This document shows, one piece after another, positions 50,101 through 59,339 of a stretch of 64,000 nucleotides of DNA. The position numbers were made by a program, and so were the translations under genes. This DNA comes from an uncultured bacterium (lineage in GTDB: Bacteria > Bacillota_I > Bacilli_A > RFN20 > CAG-826). Below the pieces are notes generated by a model. It ran no database searches, had not been told where the DNA came from, and was given only the letters and a program-made list of their open reading frames with translations. The first letter of the stretch is position 1; each line of letters starts with the position of its first letter. The stretch covers positions 3,320 to 67,319 of the forward strand of contig CASFQA010000005.1 of the NCBI GenBank assembly GCA_949296775.1, read 5' to 3'.

Positions 50101-50859
50101 CGAGAAGATGTCGGAAAGGGCATCGGTCGCCTTGGCGAAGGATTCCTTGGCCAAGGAGTTCTCGAGGGCTTTCGACTCGCCGAAGAGGTTCTTCAGCTGA
50201 TCGACCCCATCGAAGCCCAAGGCTTTGAAGAATTCGGTCGCCGGCATTTTCCGTTGCCGGTCAATCCGGACATAGGGGACGAGCTTGGAATCGGTCTCAA
50301 ACTGGAGCCAAGTGCCGCGGTTCGGGGTGATTTCGCCGAAATATACGTGACCGGCCTCGCCAGTATCGAATTCCTCTTTGAAATAGGAACCCGGCGAACG
50401 GACGATTTGGGAAATGACCGCCCGGACCGCCCCATTGATGATGAAGGTGCCGGATTCGGTCATCTTCGGAAGGTCGCCCATGTAGAGCTCGGCTTCCTTG
50501 ATTTCCTTGGTGTCGTTGAAAATGAGGCGGAGAGTGACTTTCAGCTTGCTTGAATAATCGCTGGAGTGCTCCCGGCACTCGGCTGGGGTCTGCTTCGGTT
50601 CCTCGAGGCGGCAGCCGACATAGTCAACGGTGATGTTGCCGGAATTGGATTGGATTGGGAAAATCTCCTTGAAGACTTCGTCGATTCCTTTGTCGATGAG
50701 CCATTGATAGGAATCGGTTTGGATTTCGACGAGGTTGGGGAGATCGAGATGGCCGGAGATTTTCGAGAAATTGATCCGACCATTGATGCCGACCGGATAT
50801 TCTTTGCCATCCGGGCCAGCATAATGGGTGAACGGGATGATGTTGTCTTGTTCGGGCAT
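47101..50859 (-). CDS. rpoB: DNA-directed RNA polymerase subunit beta
   Basis: 1252 aa. Conserved beta-subunit blocks. GGAG RBS. Confidence 0.98.
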   Translation of the reverse strand: MPEQDNIIPFTHYAGPDGKEYPVGINGRINFSKISGHLDLPNLVEIQTDSYQWLIDKGIDEVFKEIFPIQSNSGNITVDYVGCRLEEPKQTPAECREHSSDYSSKLKVTLRLIFNDTKEIKEAELYMGDLPKMTESGTFIINGAVRAVISQIVRSPGSYFKEEFDTGEAGHVYFGEITPNRGTWLQFETDSKLVPYVRIDRQRKMPATEFFKALGFDGVDQLKNLFGESKALENSLAKESFAKATDALSDIFSKLKPGEPQTNEGNIAFIYNKFFNDKQYDLGRAGRFKYTQKLGLYERLPGRVLAQDLKGFDENGEEVTLFKSGHKLSAEEVEHLRDIEFFENGACQYTLEPNPNIGLDPDHRTVNIVKVYAHDNPSEHVCQMIGTDTNLTISRVTIPDMVACFSYFLNVMDGLGNTDDIDHLGNRRVRCVGELLQNQFRVGLAKMVKTIQQKLTVTDLNFTLQSVVNVRPLRSAIREFFSTSNLSQFMDQVNPLAELTNKRRISALGPGGLTRDRASIEVRDVHYTHYGRLCPIESPEGQNIGLINYLCSYAKVDEHGFIKTPYRIVYHVGNKAYVSDSKCGCHYLTADDERGLYIAEANVSLGEPVLASSVGIKDAEKDEMVKEILDDELTVRHDEDNLMVGRDRINYVDVSPKQIVSIGAASIPFLAHDDATRALMGANMQRQAIPLLRPSVPYVGTGMEAIIAKDSGEAVVAVKDGTVTFVDSSTIVTQSLNEDPVTYRLEKFQSSNQDTCFNQIPIVKAGDEVKKGQIIADGPAMRGGELSLGQNVLVAYMTWNGFNYEDAVIMSERMVKEDTFTSVHISHYDCECHIGKLGNDEITRDIPNVGEEAKAFLDERGIIIPGAEVKEGDILVGKVAPKGQTEPTPEEKLLMAIFAEKTKEGKDESKRVPHGGAGIVHAVKIFSRKNGDTLPAGVSEMVRVYIVQKRKISEGDKMSGRHGNKGVISKILPVEDMPFLADGTPIDILLSPMGVPSRMNIGQILEIHLGLACRKLHMRVATPAFDGVSNEELADIMKKAGLAEDGKTVLYDGRTGEPFAERISVGVQYMIKLNHMVIDKLHARATGPYALVTQQPLGGKAQNGGQRFGEMEVWALEAYGAAHTLQEMLTIKSDDRVGRRKTYESIIKGNPIPTPGMPEAFRVLTKELMGLGLDVKLFDKAGKKIDMDVLVRNNIELERRTNSSIRKTMSPTEPEVDPTASIAINRDDMPVFSEETLAEEGLSITSGGESNE

Positions 50860-50869
50860 TGTGGACTCC

Positions 50870-51466
50870 TTACTTGGTCGCGATGAGGATGCGATATCCT
50901 TTTTTCTGCCTGGCGAGCTCGACTTTCGAGAAGAGGGACTCCAGGTAGGTTTGGCAAGACGCGGCGCCTTGCTTGTTTCGGATGACTAGGATCAACCGGC
51001 CACCTTCATTAAGATGGCCGAGCGCGCCCGCGTACATCGCGTAGGTGACTTTCTTCCCCGCCCGGATGGGTGGGTTGGTGACGATGGTCGAGAAAGTCGT
51101 CTGAATGGCGGAATAGACGTCGGATTCGACGATGGTCACCCGGGAGGAAACCCCGAATGATTCGGCGTTTTTCCGCGCCAATTCCAGCGCCCTAGTGTTC
51201 ACGTCGGCTAAAGTGACGTGGCAGTTGGGCTGGAAGGAGGCGAGAATCAGGCCGATCGGCCCGATCCCGCAGCCGAGATCGAGGAGCTGGTCCCCAAGAT
51301 CGGTCTTGACTATGGTTTCAAGCAGCAATCTGCTACCATCGTCAAGGCCATCTTTCGAGAAGACCCCGGCGTCGCTATGGAAGAGGAATTCCTTTCCGAG
51401 GAACGTTACTTTGTAAGTCGTTTCCCTGTGCTTCAAGGACTCGACGTTATCGAAGTATTGCGGCAT
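50870..51466 (-). CDS. Class I SAM-dependent methyltransferase (YbxB-like, RsmC-type small domain)
   Basis: SAM motif LLDLGCGIGPIG and the NPPI motif. Lies between rplL and rpoB, the position YbxB occupies in Bacillus. Trimmed to the ATG at 51464-51466; the ORF-track start is a TTG. Confidence 0.75.
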   Translation of the reverse strand: MPQYFDNVESLKHRETTYKVTFLGKEFLFHSDAGVFSKDGLDDGSRLLLETIVKTDLGDQLLDLGCGIGPIGLILASFQPNCHVTLADVNTRALELARKNAESFGVSSRVTIVESDVYSAIQTTFSTIVTNPPIRAGKKVTYAMYAGALGHLNEGGRLILVIRNKQGAASCQTYLESLFSKVELARQKKGYRILIATK

Positions 51467-51543
51467 TGGATATCCCCCTTGGAAGCGCAATAACCCACCC
51501 CAGGCTTACACCTGGGGCGGGCATTGATTCGTTGTAAGCGAGA

Positions 51544-51924
51544 TTACTTGATCTCGACTTCGGCGCCGGCGGCGACGAGGGCTTTCTTGTGCTCCTCGGC
51601 TTCGACCGGGCTGATGTGCTCCTTGACCGGAGCCGGGACGCCGTCGACGAGCTTCTTGGCATCCATGAGGCCGAGGCCGGTGATGGCCTGGACGGCTTTG
51701 ATGATGGCGACCTTCGAGCCGGTGCCGAGCCCTTTGAGGATGAGGGAGACTTCGGTCGGTCCTTTGGCGACCGGGCCTTCTTCCTCAGCCGGAGCAGCGG
51801 CCGCGACCGGGGCGGCGGCGGTGACGCCGAATTCCTCTTCGACGGCCTTGACGAGGTCATTGAGCTCGAGGACCGTGTACTCTTTCAAAGAGGCGATGAT
51901 TTCTTCTTTGGTTAATTTAGCCAT
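51544..51924 (-). CDS. rplL: 50S ribosomal protein L7/L12
   Basis: 126 aa. [34 protein letters not shown]. Confidence 0.97.
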   Translation of the reverse strand: MAKLTKEEIIASLKEYTVLELNDLVKAVEEEFGVTAAAPVAAAAPAEEEGPVAKGPTEVSLILKGLGTGSKVAIIKAVQAITGLGLMDAKKLVDGVPAPVKEHISPVEAEEHKKALVAAGAEVEIK

Positions 51925-51940
51925 TGTGGTTTTCCTCCAT

Positions 51941-52450
51941 TTACTTGGCGCCTTCGGTGGCGGGGGCGCCTTTGTCCGCGATCGCCTTGACGGCGGCGGC
52001 GAAGCTGGTGAGCGGTGCGTTCAAGCACGATAGGAACATGGCGAGCATGCCGTTCTTGTCCGGGAGCTTGCTGATCTCCTTGACCTTAGCCGCATCGAGG
52101 ACCTGTCCTTCGGCGATGCCGCCTTTGATGACGAGGTGCTCGTGGAAGCGGGAGAATTTGGCCAAGGCTTTCGGGCCTTTGGAGAGGTCTTCCGAGAAGA
52201 CGAATCCGTTCGGGCCTTCGAGCAATTCGCCGAGATCGGGCTGATCGGCCTCTTTGAGGGCGCGGCGGACCATGGTGTTCTTGTAAACGGTGATGGTCGC
52301 CCCGACCCCTTCGAGGGTCCGGCGCAGCTCTTGCATCTCAGCGACGGTGAGCCCCTGGTAGGACACGACGGTGAAGGAAGCGGATTTGCTAAGCGAATCT
52401 TTGATCGCGGCAACCGCGTCTTTCTTGGCTTGCAGGGCTTTCTGGTTCAT
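51941..52450 (-). CDS. rplJ: 50S ribosomal protein L10
   Basis: 169 aa. Conserved position and sequence. Confidence 0.95.
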   Translation of the reverse strand: MNQKALQAKKDAVAAIKDSLSKSASFTVVSYQGLTVAEMQELRRTLEGVGATITVYKNTMVRRALKEADQPDLGELLEGPNGFVFSEDLSKGPKALAKFSRFHEHLVIKGGIAEGQVLDAAKVKEISKLPDKNGMLAMFLSCLNAPLTSFAAAVKAIADKGAPATEGAK

Positions 52451-52594
52451 GTTTCTACCTCCTTTCGTTGATGTATGTGAAGCTTCAATATAACTAGCGG
52501 GTTATCGTGAATTACATCTACAACCTCAGCAGGGTGGATTTTTAAGGCACTTGCCCCCGGCTATCTTAGGTATACGAAGCCATTCACCAAGTGA
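52451..52594 (-). promoter_or_regulatory. Putative L10 (rplJ) autoregulatory leader
   Basis: A 144-nt untranslated gap between rplA and rplJ. In Firmicutes this position holds the L10(L12)4-binding leader. Assigned by position and size only. Confidence 0.3.
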
Positions 52595-53287
52595 TTAGTT
52601 GCGACCCGGGAAGGTGATCGCGACCGCCGGCCCCATGGTGGTGGAGATGGCGGCGTTGAGGATGAAGGTGCCCTTGACGGTGCTCGGGCGGGATTTGGCG
52701 ATATGGTCGGTGACGGCGACGAGGTTATCCATCAGATCGGCGTCGGAGAAGGAGACTTTGGCGATCGGCATCGCGAGGTTGCCATCCCGGTCGACCCGGT
52801 AGGCGATCTTGCCCTTCTTGATGTCGGTGACGGCGGTCTTGACGTCCATGGTGACGGTGCCGGTCTTGGGGTTCGGCATCAAGCCTTTCGGACCGAGGAC
52901 CCGGCCCATTTTCCCGAGTTCGCCCATCATGTCCGGAGTGGCGACGATGACGTCGAAGGCGAACCAGTTCTCGCGTTGGATCTTCTCGAGGATCTCTTTG
53001 CCCCCGACATAATCCGCCCCCGCTTCCTTGGCCTCATCGGCTTTGGCGTTGGTGACGACGAGGACCCGTTTGGTCTTGCCGTTGCCATGGGGAAGGGTGA
53101 TGGTCCCGCGGATCAATTGATCGGCGAGGGTCGGGTTGACGTTGAGGTTGAAGCTGATATCGACGGAAGCATCGAACTTGGTGGTCGAGGTTTCCTTGAC
53201 CAATTTGATGGCTTCGGCGAGTTCGTAGACTTTGCCGGCCTCGATCTTCTTGGCGGCTTCTTGGTACTTCTTGCTGAATTTTTTCAT
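52595..53287 (-). CDS. rplA: 50S ribosomal protein L1
   Basis: 230 aa. Conserved sequence. Confidence 0.96.
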   Translation of the reverse strand: MKKFSKKYQEAAKKIEAGKVYELAEAIKLVKETSTTKFDASVDISFNLNVNPTLADQLIRGTITLPHGNGKTKRVLVVTNAKADEAKEAGADYVGGKEILEKIQRENWFAFDVIVATPDMMGELGKMGRVLGPKGLMPNPKTGTVTMDVKTAVTDIKKGKIAYRVDRDGNLAMPIAKVSFSDADLMDNLVAVTDHIAKSRPSTVKGTFILNAAISTTMGPAVAITFPGRN

Positions 53288-53298
53288 CTTGGCTCTCC

Positions 53299-53709
53299 TT
53301 AGCGATCGATGGCGATCCCCATTTGCTTGCAGGTGCCTTCGACGATTTTCTTCGCGGCCTCGATGTCCTCGGTGTTGAAGTCGGGCAGCTTGTACTTGGC
53401 GATCTCCTCGAGTTGCGCCTCGCTGATGTGGCCAACGATGGTCTTGGCGTTGCTAGACCCTTTCTTGATGCCGGCGGCTTTGAGGATCCGCTCGGCGACC
53501 GGGCTGGTCTTAATGACGAAGTCGTAGGACTTGTCTTCGTAGGCGGTGATGATGACCGGAACGGTTTCGCCCCGACGGTCGCCGGTCTTGGCGTTGAAGT
53601 CGGTGCAGAACTTGTTCATGACGACGCCCGCGGAAGCGAGCTTCGGGCCGGGATGGGCTTCCCCGCCAGGGAGCTCCATCTTGACGACTTTGACGATTTT
53701 CTTGCTCAT
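53299..53709 (-). CDS. rplK: 50S ribosomal protein L11
   Basis: MSKKIVKVVKMELPGGEAHPGPKLASAGV. ATG at 53707-53709 with a GGAGAG RBS. The ORF-track N-terminal extension was rejected. Confidence 0.96.
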   Translation of the reverse strand: MSKKIVKVVKMELPGGEAHPGPKLASAGVVMNKFCTDFNAKTGDRRGETVPVIITAYEDKSYDFVIKTSPVAERILKAAGIKKGSSNAKTIVGHISEAQLEEIAKYKLPDFNTEDIEAAKKIVEGTCKQMGIAIDR

Positions 53710-54057
53710 GTTTCTCTCCTTTGTGGTAGATTTCCATGCAGTGGTTAAGCGGGCTTCGTCTAGCCCTCCCACGCATAACGCGTCGCGTAAAACGCGCTTG
53801 CATAGTATATGCGTGTGCGAGACAAGAAACAAAAGCTTTTTTCCAAAAGATTTATAGTTGACGCCGTTTTGTTAAAACGGAAATTGACTGATGATTGTGC
53901 TAAAACTAGTAAGATTCGGTCGCTACAATGAAAGTAATGATCATGTCAATATTTATAATTGACAATTTCAAATTTCAATCACGATGCGAACGTCGTCTTG
54001 CCTCGCATAGGCATTCCGGCTCGCGAGGATGCGGATCAAGGCTCAAGGCAAAGCCAT

Positions 54058-54228
54058 TTTCGGATAGGGGCCAGATACCTCGTCGTTATATTCCTCGGTT
54101 TGTTTTTTGGTTTTCCGCAAACGCACCCTGGCCTCCTTGGCTTGATAGTCGGATAATTTCGCTTCTACCAACGCATAACGTCCCTCTTTTAAAGCCAAAA
54201 CGACGCCGAATTCTAAGCCAATTCGATC
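54058..54228 (-). pseudogene. C-terminal remnant of a DUF4143 AAA+ ATPase
   Basis: Minus-strand translation EFGVVLALKEGRYALVEAKLSDYQAKEARVRLRK... matches the C-terminal motif of the intact ATPase at 20776-22092 and of the fragment at 20160-20441. There is no upstream ATPase domain. Confidence 0.45.
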
Positions 54229-54350
54229 GCGGTAATGGCAAACATTGACCCCGAAGCTCGATGAATAAACCCGCAGATCCCTAGTGTTTTAGCCATTTTT
54301 TACTTCAGTGTTTTGATTTCTTTGAATCTTATATTGGCAATGACTGGTTT

Positions 54351-56243
54351 CTAATTGGCTCTTCCAAGGCCGAGCAGCAATGACGACAATATCATCAATA
54401 ACGCCAAACCGGAATCGGCCAGCACCGCCACCCATAAGGGCAAGGTGAATAATGCCGTGGCTGAGGCGACGATGGAGACGATCATGACGGCGATCTTGAC
54501 CACTATGGAAAAGGCGATGTTGAATCCGGCCCGATTCTTGGTCCTCTTCGCCACCTTCAATAAAGTCAGGATCTTCTTCGGGTCGTCATTAAGGATGACG
54601 CAGTCGGCGTTGGCGACCGCCGCGTCCGAGCCTAAGCCGCCCATGGCGATCCCGACGTCGCTGATGGCGATCGAGGCGGCGTCGTTGATGCCGTCCCCGA
54701 CATACCCGACCCGGCCGTTGCCGTTCTTGATTAAGCGATCCAAGGAGGCGACTTTCTCCTCTGGCTTCAGCTCACCCTGAATTTGGAGAAAGCCCAATTG
54801 CTCACCGATGGCTTTGGCGTTGGCTTGCTTATCCCCTGAAAGCAATACCGTTTTGATACCCTGGGAATTCAATCCTTTGATCGTTGAGGGAGAGTTGGGC
54901 TTGATCCGGTCGCCAAGGACGCAATAACCGGCGTCTTTCCCGTCAACCGTTAGCCCTACCACCGTCCCTTGGGCGGAGATATGCGCGGTGCTTCCGGTCT
55001 TTCCGCAGAACAAGGCATGTCCTTTATAAATGGCTTTCACCCCTTGCCCGGCGATGTCCTCCATCCCGCTGACTAAGGATTGATCGATGGAGCAAAGGGA
55101 TTTCAAGCAAGAAGCCACCGGGTGATTGGAGATGGTCTCGGCCGCGGCGGCGTATTCGAAGAATTGCTCTTGGCTAATCCCTTCCGGATGAACCTCCAGC
55201 ACCTCGAACTTCCCTTCGGTCAGGGTTCCGGTTTTGTCGAAGGCCATGGTTTTCAATTCGTTCAGCTGATCGAAATAGGCTGCCCCTTTGACCAAAATCC
55301 CCGACTTCGAAGCTAAGCCGAGCCCCGAGAAATAGGCTAAGGGAACCGAGATGACGACCGCGCAGGGGCAAGAGACGACGAGGAAAGAGAGGGCGGTCCG
55401 AATCCAAGCGACCCAAGTCGCCCCATCGCCTATCCCGATGAATAGGGGCGGAATCGCCATAACCAAAATCGCAACCCCCATGACAATCGGGGTGTAGTAT
55501 TTGGCGAATTTGCTGATGAAGCGGGTGACCTTGCTTTTCTTCTCGGCCGAATTCTCGACCAGGTCGAGCAATTTGGCGACGGTCGAATCGGCATAGGCCT
55601 TGCTGGCCTCGACCTCCAATGAGCCTTTGGCAAGCAGGGTTCCGCTCGATACTGAATCGCGGGCGGATTTGGCAACCGGGACGAACTCCCCGGTCAAGGA
55701 GGATTCATCGACTTCCCCCTCGCCTTTAACAATTATGCCGTCGCAAAGGACCTTGTCCCCCGCCCCGATCAAGACCAAATCCCCAGGGAGGATATCGACG
55801 GCGTCTTTCTCGACTATTTTCCCGTCCACCCGGACCTTGGCTTTTTCTTCCCGAAGGTCGATGGCCTTGGTGATGGCCCTCTTGGATTTATCCTCGGCTA
55901 AGTCCTCAAAGAACTCGCCCACTTGATAAAGCAGGATGACCAAGACCCCTTCGAGATACTCGTTGTAATCCGGCCCGAAACAGCGCAAGGCAAAGGCCCC
56001 AATCGAGGCCACCACCATCAAGGTGCATTCGTTAAAGGGGTTATGCTCGAAGACGATTTCCTTGAAAGCTTTGATGATGACGTCATAGGCGATGAACAGA
56101 TAGCTTGCCAACATGACGATGAGGTTGACGTAGAAAGGAAAGTTTCGCTCGTTTAAATATAAGGTTCCAAGCAGCAGCAAAACGATCGATAGCAAAGCCC
56201 GCGACAGCAAAAAGACGATTTCCTTCTTCCGGTTATCTTCCAT
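54351..56243 (-). CDS. cadA: Heavy-metal (Cd/Zn/Pb-type) translocating P1B-type ATPase lacking an N-terminal HMA domain
   Basis: CPC metal site (SCPCAVVIS), DKTGTLT phosphorylation site, GDGINDA hinge. Trimmed to the second ATG, which has a GAGGAGTGAGG RBS. Confidence 0.85.
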   Translation of the reverse strand: MEDNRKKEIVFLLSRALLSIVLLLLGTLYLNERNFPFYVNLIVMLASYLFIAYDVIIKAFKEIVFEHNPFNECTLMVVASIGAFALRCFGPDYNEYLEGVLVILLYQVGEFFEDLAEDKSKRAITKAIDLREEKAKVRVDGKIVEKDAVDILPGDLVLIGAGDKVLCDGIIVKGEGEVDESSLTGEFVPVAKSARDSVSSGTLLAKGSLEVEASKAYADSTVAKLLDLVENSAEKKSKVTRFISKFAKYYTPIVMGVAILVMAIPPLFIGIGDGATWVAWIRTALSFLVVSCPCAVVISVPLAYFSGLGLASKSGILVKGAAYFDQLNELKTMAFDKTGTLTEGKFEVLEVHPEGISQEQFFEYAAAAETISNHPVASCLKSLCSIDQSLVSGMEDIAGQGVKAIYKGHALFCGKTGSTAHISAQGTVVGLTVDGKDAGYCVLGDRIKPNSPSTIKGLNSQGIKTVLLSGDKQANAKAIGEQLGFLQIQGELKPEEKVASLDRLIKNGNGRVGYVGDGINDAASIAISDVGIAMGGLGSDAAVANADCVILNDDPKKILTLLKVAKRTKNRAGFNIAFSIVVKIAVMIVSIVASATALFTLPLWVAVLADSGLALLMILSSLLLGLGRAN

Positions 56244-56247
56244 ATCC

Positions 56248-56544
56248 TCACTCCTCGCAGACGTGCTCGCACACGAGGTCGAGCAATTTGACGACATGCT
56301 CGTCGGCCAAAGAATAATAAACCGAGGTCCCCTGTCGCCTAGTCCAAACCAAATTGGCTTTCCTTAGAGTCTGCAATTGGTGGGAAACAAGCGATTGGGA
56401 CGCCCCGACTTCGCTCACGATCTCCGTCACGTTCTTCTCCCCTTCGGAAAGGACGTACATGATCTTCAAGCGGGTGAAATCGCTCGCGACGTTGAGCAGG
56501 CTTTCCATCCTGTCGATGATCTCGTCGTTTGGCATTTTGGCCAT
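56248..56544 (-). CDS. cadC: ArsR/SmtB-family metalloregulator (CadC-like)
   Basis: 98 aa. HTH LSEGEKNVTEIVSEVGASQSLVSHQLQTLRKANLV. Strong AAGGAGG RBS. Immediately upstream of the P-type ATPase. Confidence 0.85.
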   Translation of the reverse strand: MAKMPNDEIIDRMESLLNVASDFTRLKIMYVLSEGEKNVTEIVSEVGASQSLVSHQLQTLRKANLVWTRRQGTSVYYSLADEHVVKLLDLVCEHVCEE

Positions 56545-56650
56545 GGGGTTACCTCCTTATATGAACCGAAATTCATATTTCAAGGAGTAATATATGAACA
56601 TTCGCTCATATAGTCAAGAGTCAATATGAAAATTCGTTCATAATTGCTGA

Positions 56651-58057
56651 CTAGCGGTCAACGTAAGTCGCCCGAATGACATAGAGATAATCGCCGAATT
56701 CGAATATCGCCCCGATGGAGGAGGCGCCGGTATAAACCGAAAGGATCAATTCCTCGACTTGGTATTCGAAGAAATATTCCGGGTGGGTTTGATGCAAGAC
56801 GACGGTCCCGTCTTGACGAATATTGTTCAACTGCTCAAGGAAATTCTCGTTCGCGGGCTGATAATCAAGATTAACGCAGGTAAAGCTCAAGGAATCGAAA
56901 GGGTCCTTGGCCCCGGAATGATCGGGGTCGATGGTCGAGTAATAGAGACCATAGAAGGCCAGTTGCTTCGCTGGGGAACCAGCCTCGGAGGCGGTAACCG
57001 AATCAAAGGCCACCTCAAACCGATAATTACTGATGGGGTTAGCCTCCACGTAAGGGAAATAGGCGGGGTAATAAACCGAATCGGAAAGGTAGGATAGATA
57101 GGAGGTGTCGTAAGTATCCCCGTCAACGAAAACGTCGATGGATTCATTGCTATAACCCATTCTCCCGTCATCGACGGTCAAACCAACGAACAAAGAGGGG
57201 TCGTATTCGTAATAAGCAAGACCGTCGATTGTCGTTTTGAATTCCGAATAAACGGCGAGCTCGGCGATCGAAGAAGGCTTGCCGATGCTATCGGAGGAAG
57301 CGTCATTGACCTCGAGAGATAAATCATAGGTTTGATCGTTAATTTGCATTTGCATCCCCGCGGATCCCGAGGTCAACGGGACGAGGCGATAAATCGCGGC
57401 GAACTGGGAATCGATGTTATAGGCGTGATAGACGGAAACGGAAGCATCGGCATTGATGACGATATCCTGATCGATATCCTCCCTATAATCGAGGATCGGG
57501 AAGTTGATCCGAAGCTGGTATTCCTCGCCAAGAGTCAATTCGGCGGTTTGCTCTTTCCCATATTCAAACACCTTGTTTGCCCCGTATATCTCGATTCCGA
57601 ACCGATAAGCGTCCGTCGCTTCCTTTTCATCGAAAGTCCGGTAACCGCAGTTTAGGCAACGCCAAGCCATCCGCTCAGAACGGGAATCGATATAACCTTC
57701 GCCGAAAAGATGATGGCCGAGCCCGCAGTCGGGGCCGAATAGTCCGCCGCTGGTGATTTGGAGCAAACTCGGCTCATCCGGCATGGCGAAGGCGAAGAAA
57801 TATCCTTCCTCCCCTTCCTTAACCGTTTGCTCGACTTCGATTTCCCCGTTTAGGAGCGCCCCAGGACGGTCAAGCCGATCGGCCGAAAGTTCGAACGTCA
57901 CCCTCTCCCCAGCCTTATATTCCCCTTCGATATCCTCAACTAGGAAATCGTAACGATCCTCAACCGTCAAAAGGTAAGTCGGCGAGCTAGAGACAGGAGG
58001 CCGGCAACCGAGCAGAAGAAGCGGAAGCAATAGAAGGGGCAAGAAACTTTTTTCCAT
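56651..58057 (-). CDS. Hypothetical lipoprotein (468 aa)
   Basis: Signal peptide LLLLPLLLLGC with a lipobox. Contains a CxxC pair (CLNCGY). No recognisable catalytic motif. Confidence 0.55.
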   Translation of the reverse strand: MEKSFLPLLLLPLLLLGCRPPVSSSPTYLLTVEDRYDFLVEDIEGEYKAGERVTFELSADRLDRPGALLNGEIEVEQTVKEGEEGYFFAFAMPDEPSLLQITSGGLFGPDCGLGHHLFGEGYIDSRSERMAWRCLNCGYRTFDEKEATDAYRFGIEIYGANKVFEYGKEQTAELTLGEEYQLRINFPILDYREDIDQDIVINADASVSVYHAYNIDSQFAAIYRLVPLTSGSAGMQMQINDQTYDLSLEVNDASSDSIGKPSSIAELAVYSEFKTTIDGLAYYEYDPSLFVGLTVDDGRMGYSNESIDVFVDGDTYDTSYLSYLSDSVYYPAYFPYVEANPISNYRFEVAFDSVTASEAGSPAKQLAFYGLYYSTIDPDHSGAKDPFDSLSFTCVNLDYQPANENFLEQLNNIRQDGTVVLHQTHPEYFFEYQVEELILSVYTGASSIGAIFEFGDYLYVIRATYVDR

Positions 58058-58153
58058 ATAGGGATTCTATTCTTCCTTGGCAAAAAAACTAATAAATGGC
58101 CATTGGGGAAGATAAAAAACCAAGCAAATAATGCCTCTTTTGCGGATTTTGCC

Positions 58154-58654
58154 TTAGAATTGCGCGCTTTCTAATTCGCGAAAATCCTCGGCAGAATACA
58201 AGCTGATGCCCTTTTCTTCAATCACCCCATACCCCGCTTCCCCATCGCGAGGCTTGGCGATCGAACCCGGACAAACGAGTAGCGTGTCCCCAACCCTTCC
58301 AATGCCTTTAACGTGGGTATGGCCATGCAGCACGACGTCAGCCCTTACCCTCCCGCGGACCGGATAATGGGTTAAGTAAAAGGTCTTATGGAATAAGGGC
58401 AAGGTCGCATCTTCAGGAAGGGGGAACCCTAGCCGCGATTCATCGGAAAGGTAGTCGCAATTGCCGCGAACCGCCATTATTGGGCAGCCGAGGGCAGTCA
58501 GGGTATCGCAAAATTCATCTTTATCGTCAAAAGAGCCATGGAGGATATCGCCTAGGAGGAAAACCATGTCCGGATGATGGCGCTTCGCCGCCTCCAAAAG
58601 CCGTCTTGCCCCAACTAAGGAGCCATGCAAATCCGAGGCAAAGAGGAAAACCAT
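58154..58654 (-). CDS. Metallophosphoesterase (YfcE/MJ0936 family)
   Basis: DLHGS, GDILHG, GNCD and GHTH motifs. Trimmed to the ATG at 58652-58654. The longer ORF would overlap the divergent plus-strand gene. Confidence 0.7.
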   Translation of the reverse strand: MVFLFASDLHGSLVGARRLLEAAKRHHPDMVFLLGDILHGSFDDKDEFCDTLTALGCPIMAVRGNCDYLSDESRLGFPLPEDATLPLFHKTFYLTHYPVRGRVRADVVLHGHTHVKGIGRVGDTLLVCPGSIAKPRDGEAGYGVIEEKGISLYSAEDFRELESAQF

Positions 58655-58693
58655 GCGACTATGATAACCCTTTAAGGTATACTTTCCCACGTT

Positions 58694-59287
58694 ATGAAAA
58701 ACGCCATCAACGCCTATGAGCAACTCCTGGACGCCTTCCATTACGCCCTCCATAGTTGGCTCAACGTCAAAATCACCGAACATGGGAACATCGAAGCCAA
58801 GGAGATGACCGCGGCCGCCTGCTTTCTCCTGGATAATCTTTACGCCAAGGAAGAGGCCGGCCCCGAACTATCGTTGCTTGCCGCCGCCGATCTCGGCAAA
58901 GCCTACAGCCCAACTCACCTGATGGACAAAGCAACCGAGATGCGGGTCTTTATGTCGGGGGAGGATTTCTCGCTCGGCCAAAGCCCCGTCCGCGACTATA
59001 TCCGCTTCGTGGCCAAAACCGAGGAAAGCATAACCAAATGCTATTCCGACAACGCCGGGAAACTGGTCGTGGTCTATGCCGATATGCTGACCAACCTCGT
59101 GGTCGAGGAATGCCCGGAGGTCCACCCGATGCGGATCGCCGAACTCGTCTTCCTCGTCATCACCGAGGAATTCGGCCGCCTCTACCGGGAAATACTCCAC
59201 AACGCCTTCCTCGCCTTAGCCAGCGCCCCTTATTTCCTCGGGGTCGAGGAAGCGATGGAACGGATAAGAAAAGAGAACAACGACTGA
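58694..59287 (+). CDS. Hypothetical protein (197 aa)
   Basis: Clean ORF on the opposite strand, convergent with nusG. A bidirectional terminator hairpin lies downstream. No motif recognised. Confidence 0.45.
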   Translation: MKNAINAYEQLLDAFHYALHSWLNVKITEHGNIEAKEMTAAACFLLDNLYAKEEAGPELSLLAAADLGKAYSPTHLMDKATEMRVFMSGEDFSLGQSPVRDYIRFVAKTEESITKCYSDNAGKLVVVYADMLTNLVVEECPEVHPMRIAELVFLVITEEFGRLYREILHNAFLALASAPYFLGVEEAMERIRKENND

Positions 59288-59302
59288 AGGTAGGCAAACG
59301 AA

Positions 59303-59333
59303 AATCCCCAACGGAATCGCCCGCTGGGGATTT
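59303..59333. terminator. Bidirectional terminator between the hypothetical gene and nusG
   Basis: ATCCCCA-N14-TGGGGAT hairpin flanked by A-runs upstream and T-runs downstream. Confidence 0.5.
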
Positions 59334-59339
59334 GGCTTA

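Noticed and set aside
52451-52594. Calling a specific riboswitch or T-box in the ribosomal-protein intergenic regions
   Set aside because: No T-box (AGGGTGGTACCGCG) or other riboswitch consensus could be matched by eye. These gaps are annotated only as putative ribosomal-protein leaders by position.
53928-54248. 106-aa plus-strand ORF upstream of rplK
   Set aside because: It overlaps the minus-strand DUF4143 ATPase remnant. It has no RBS and an arbitrary sequence.
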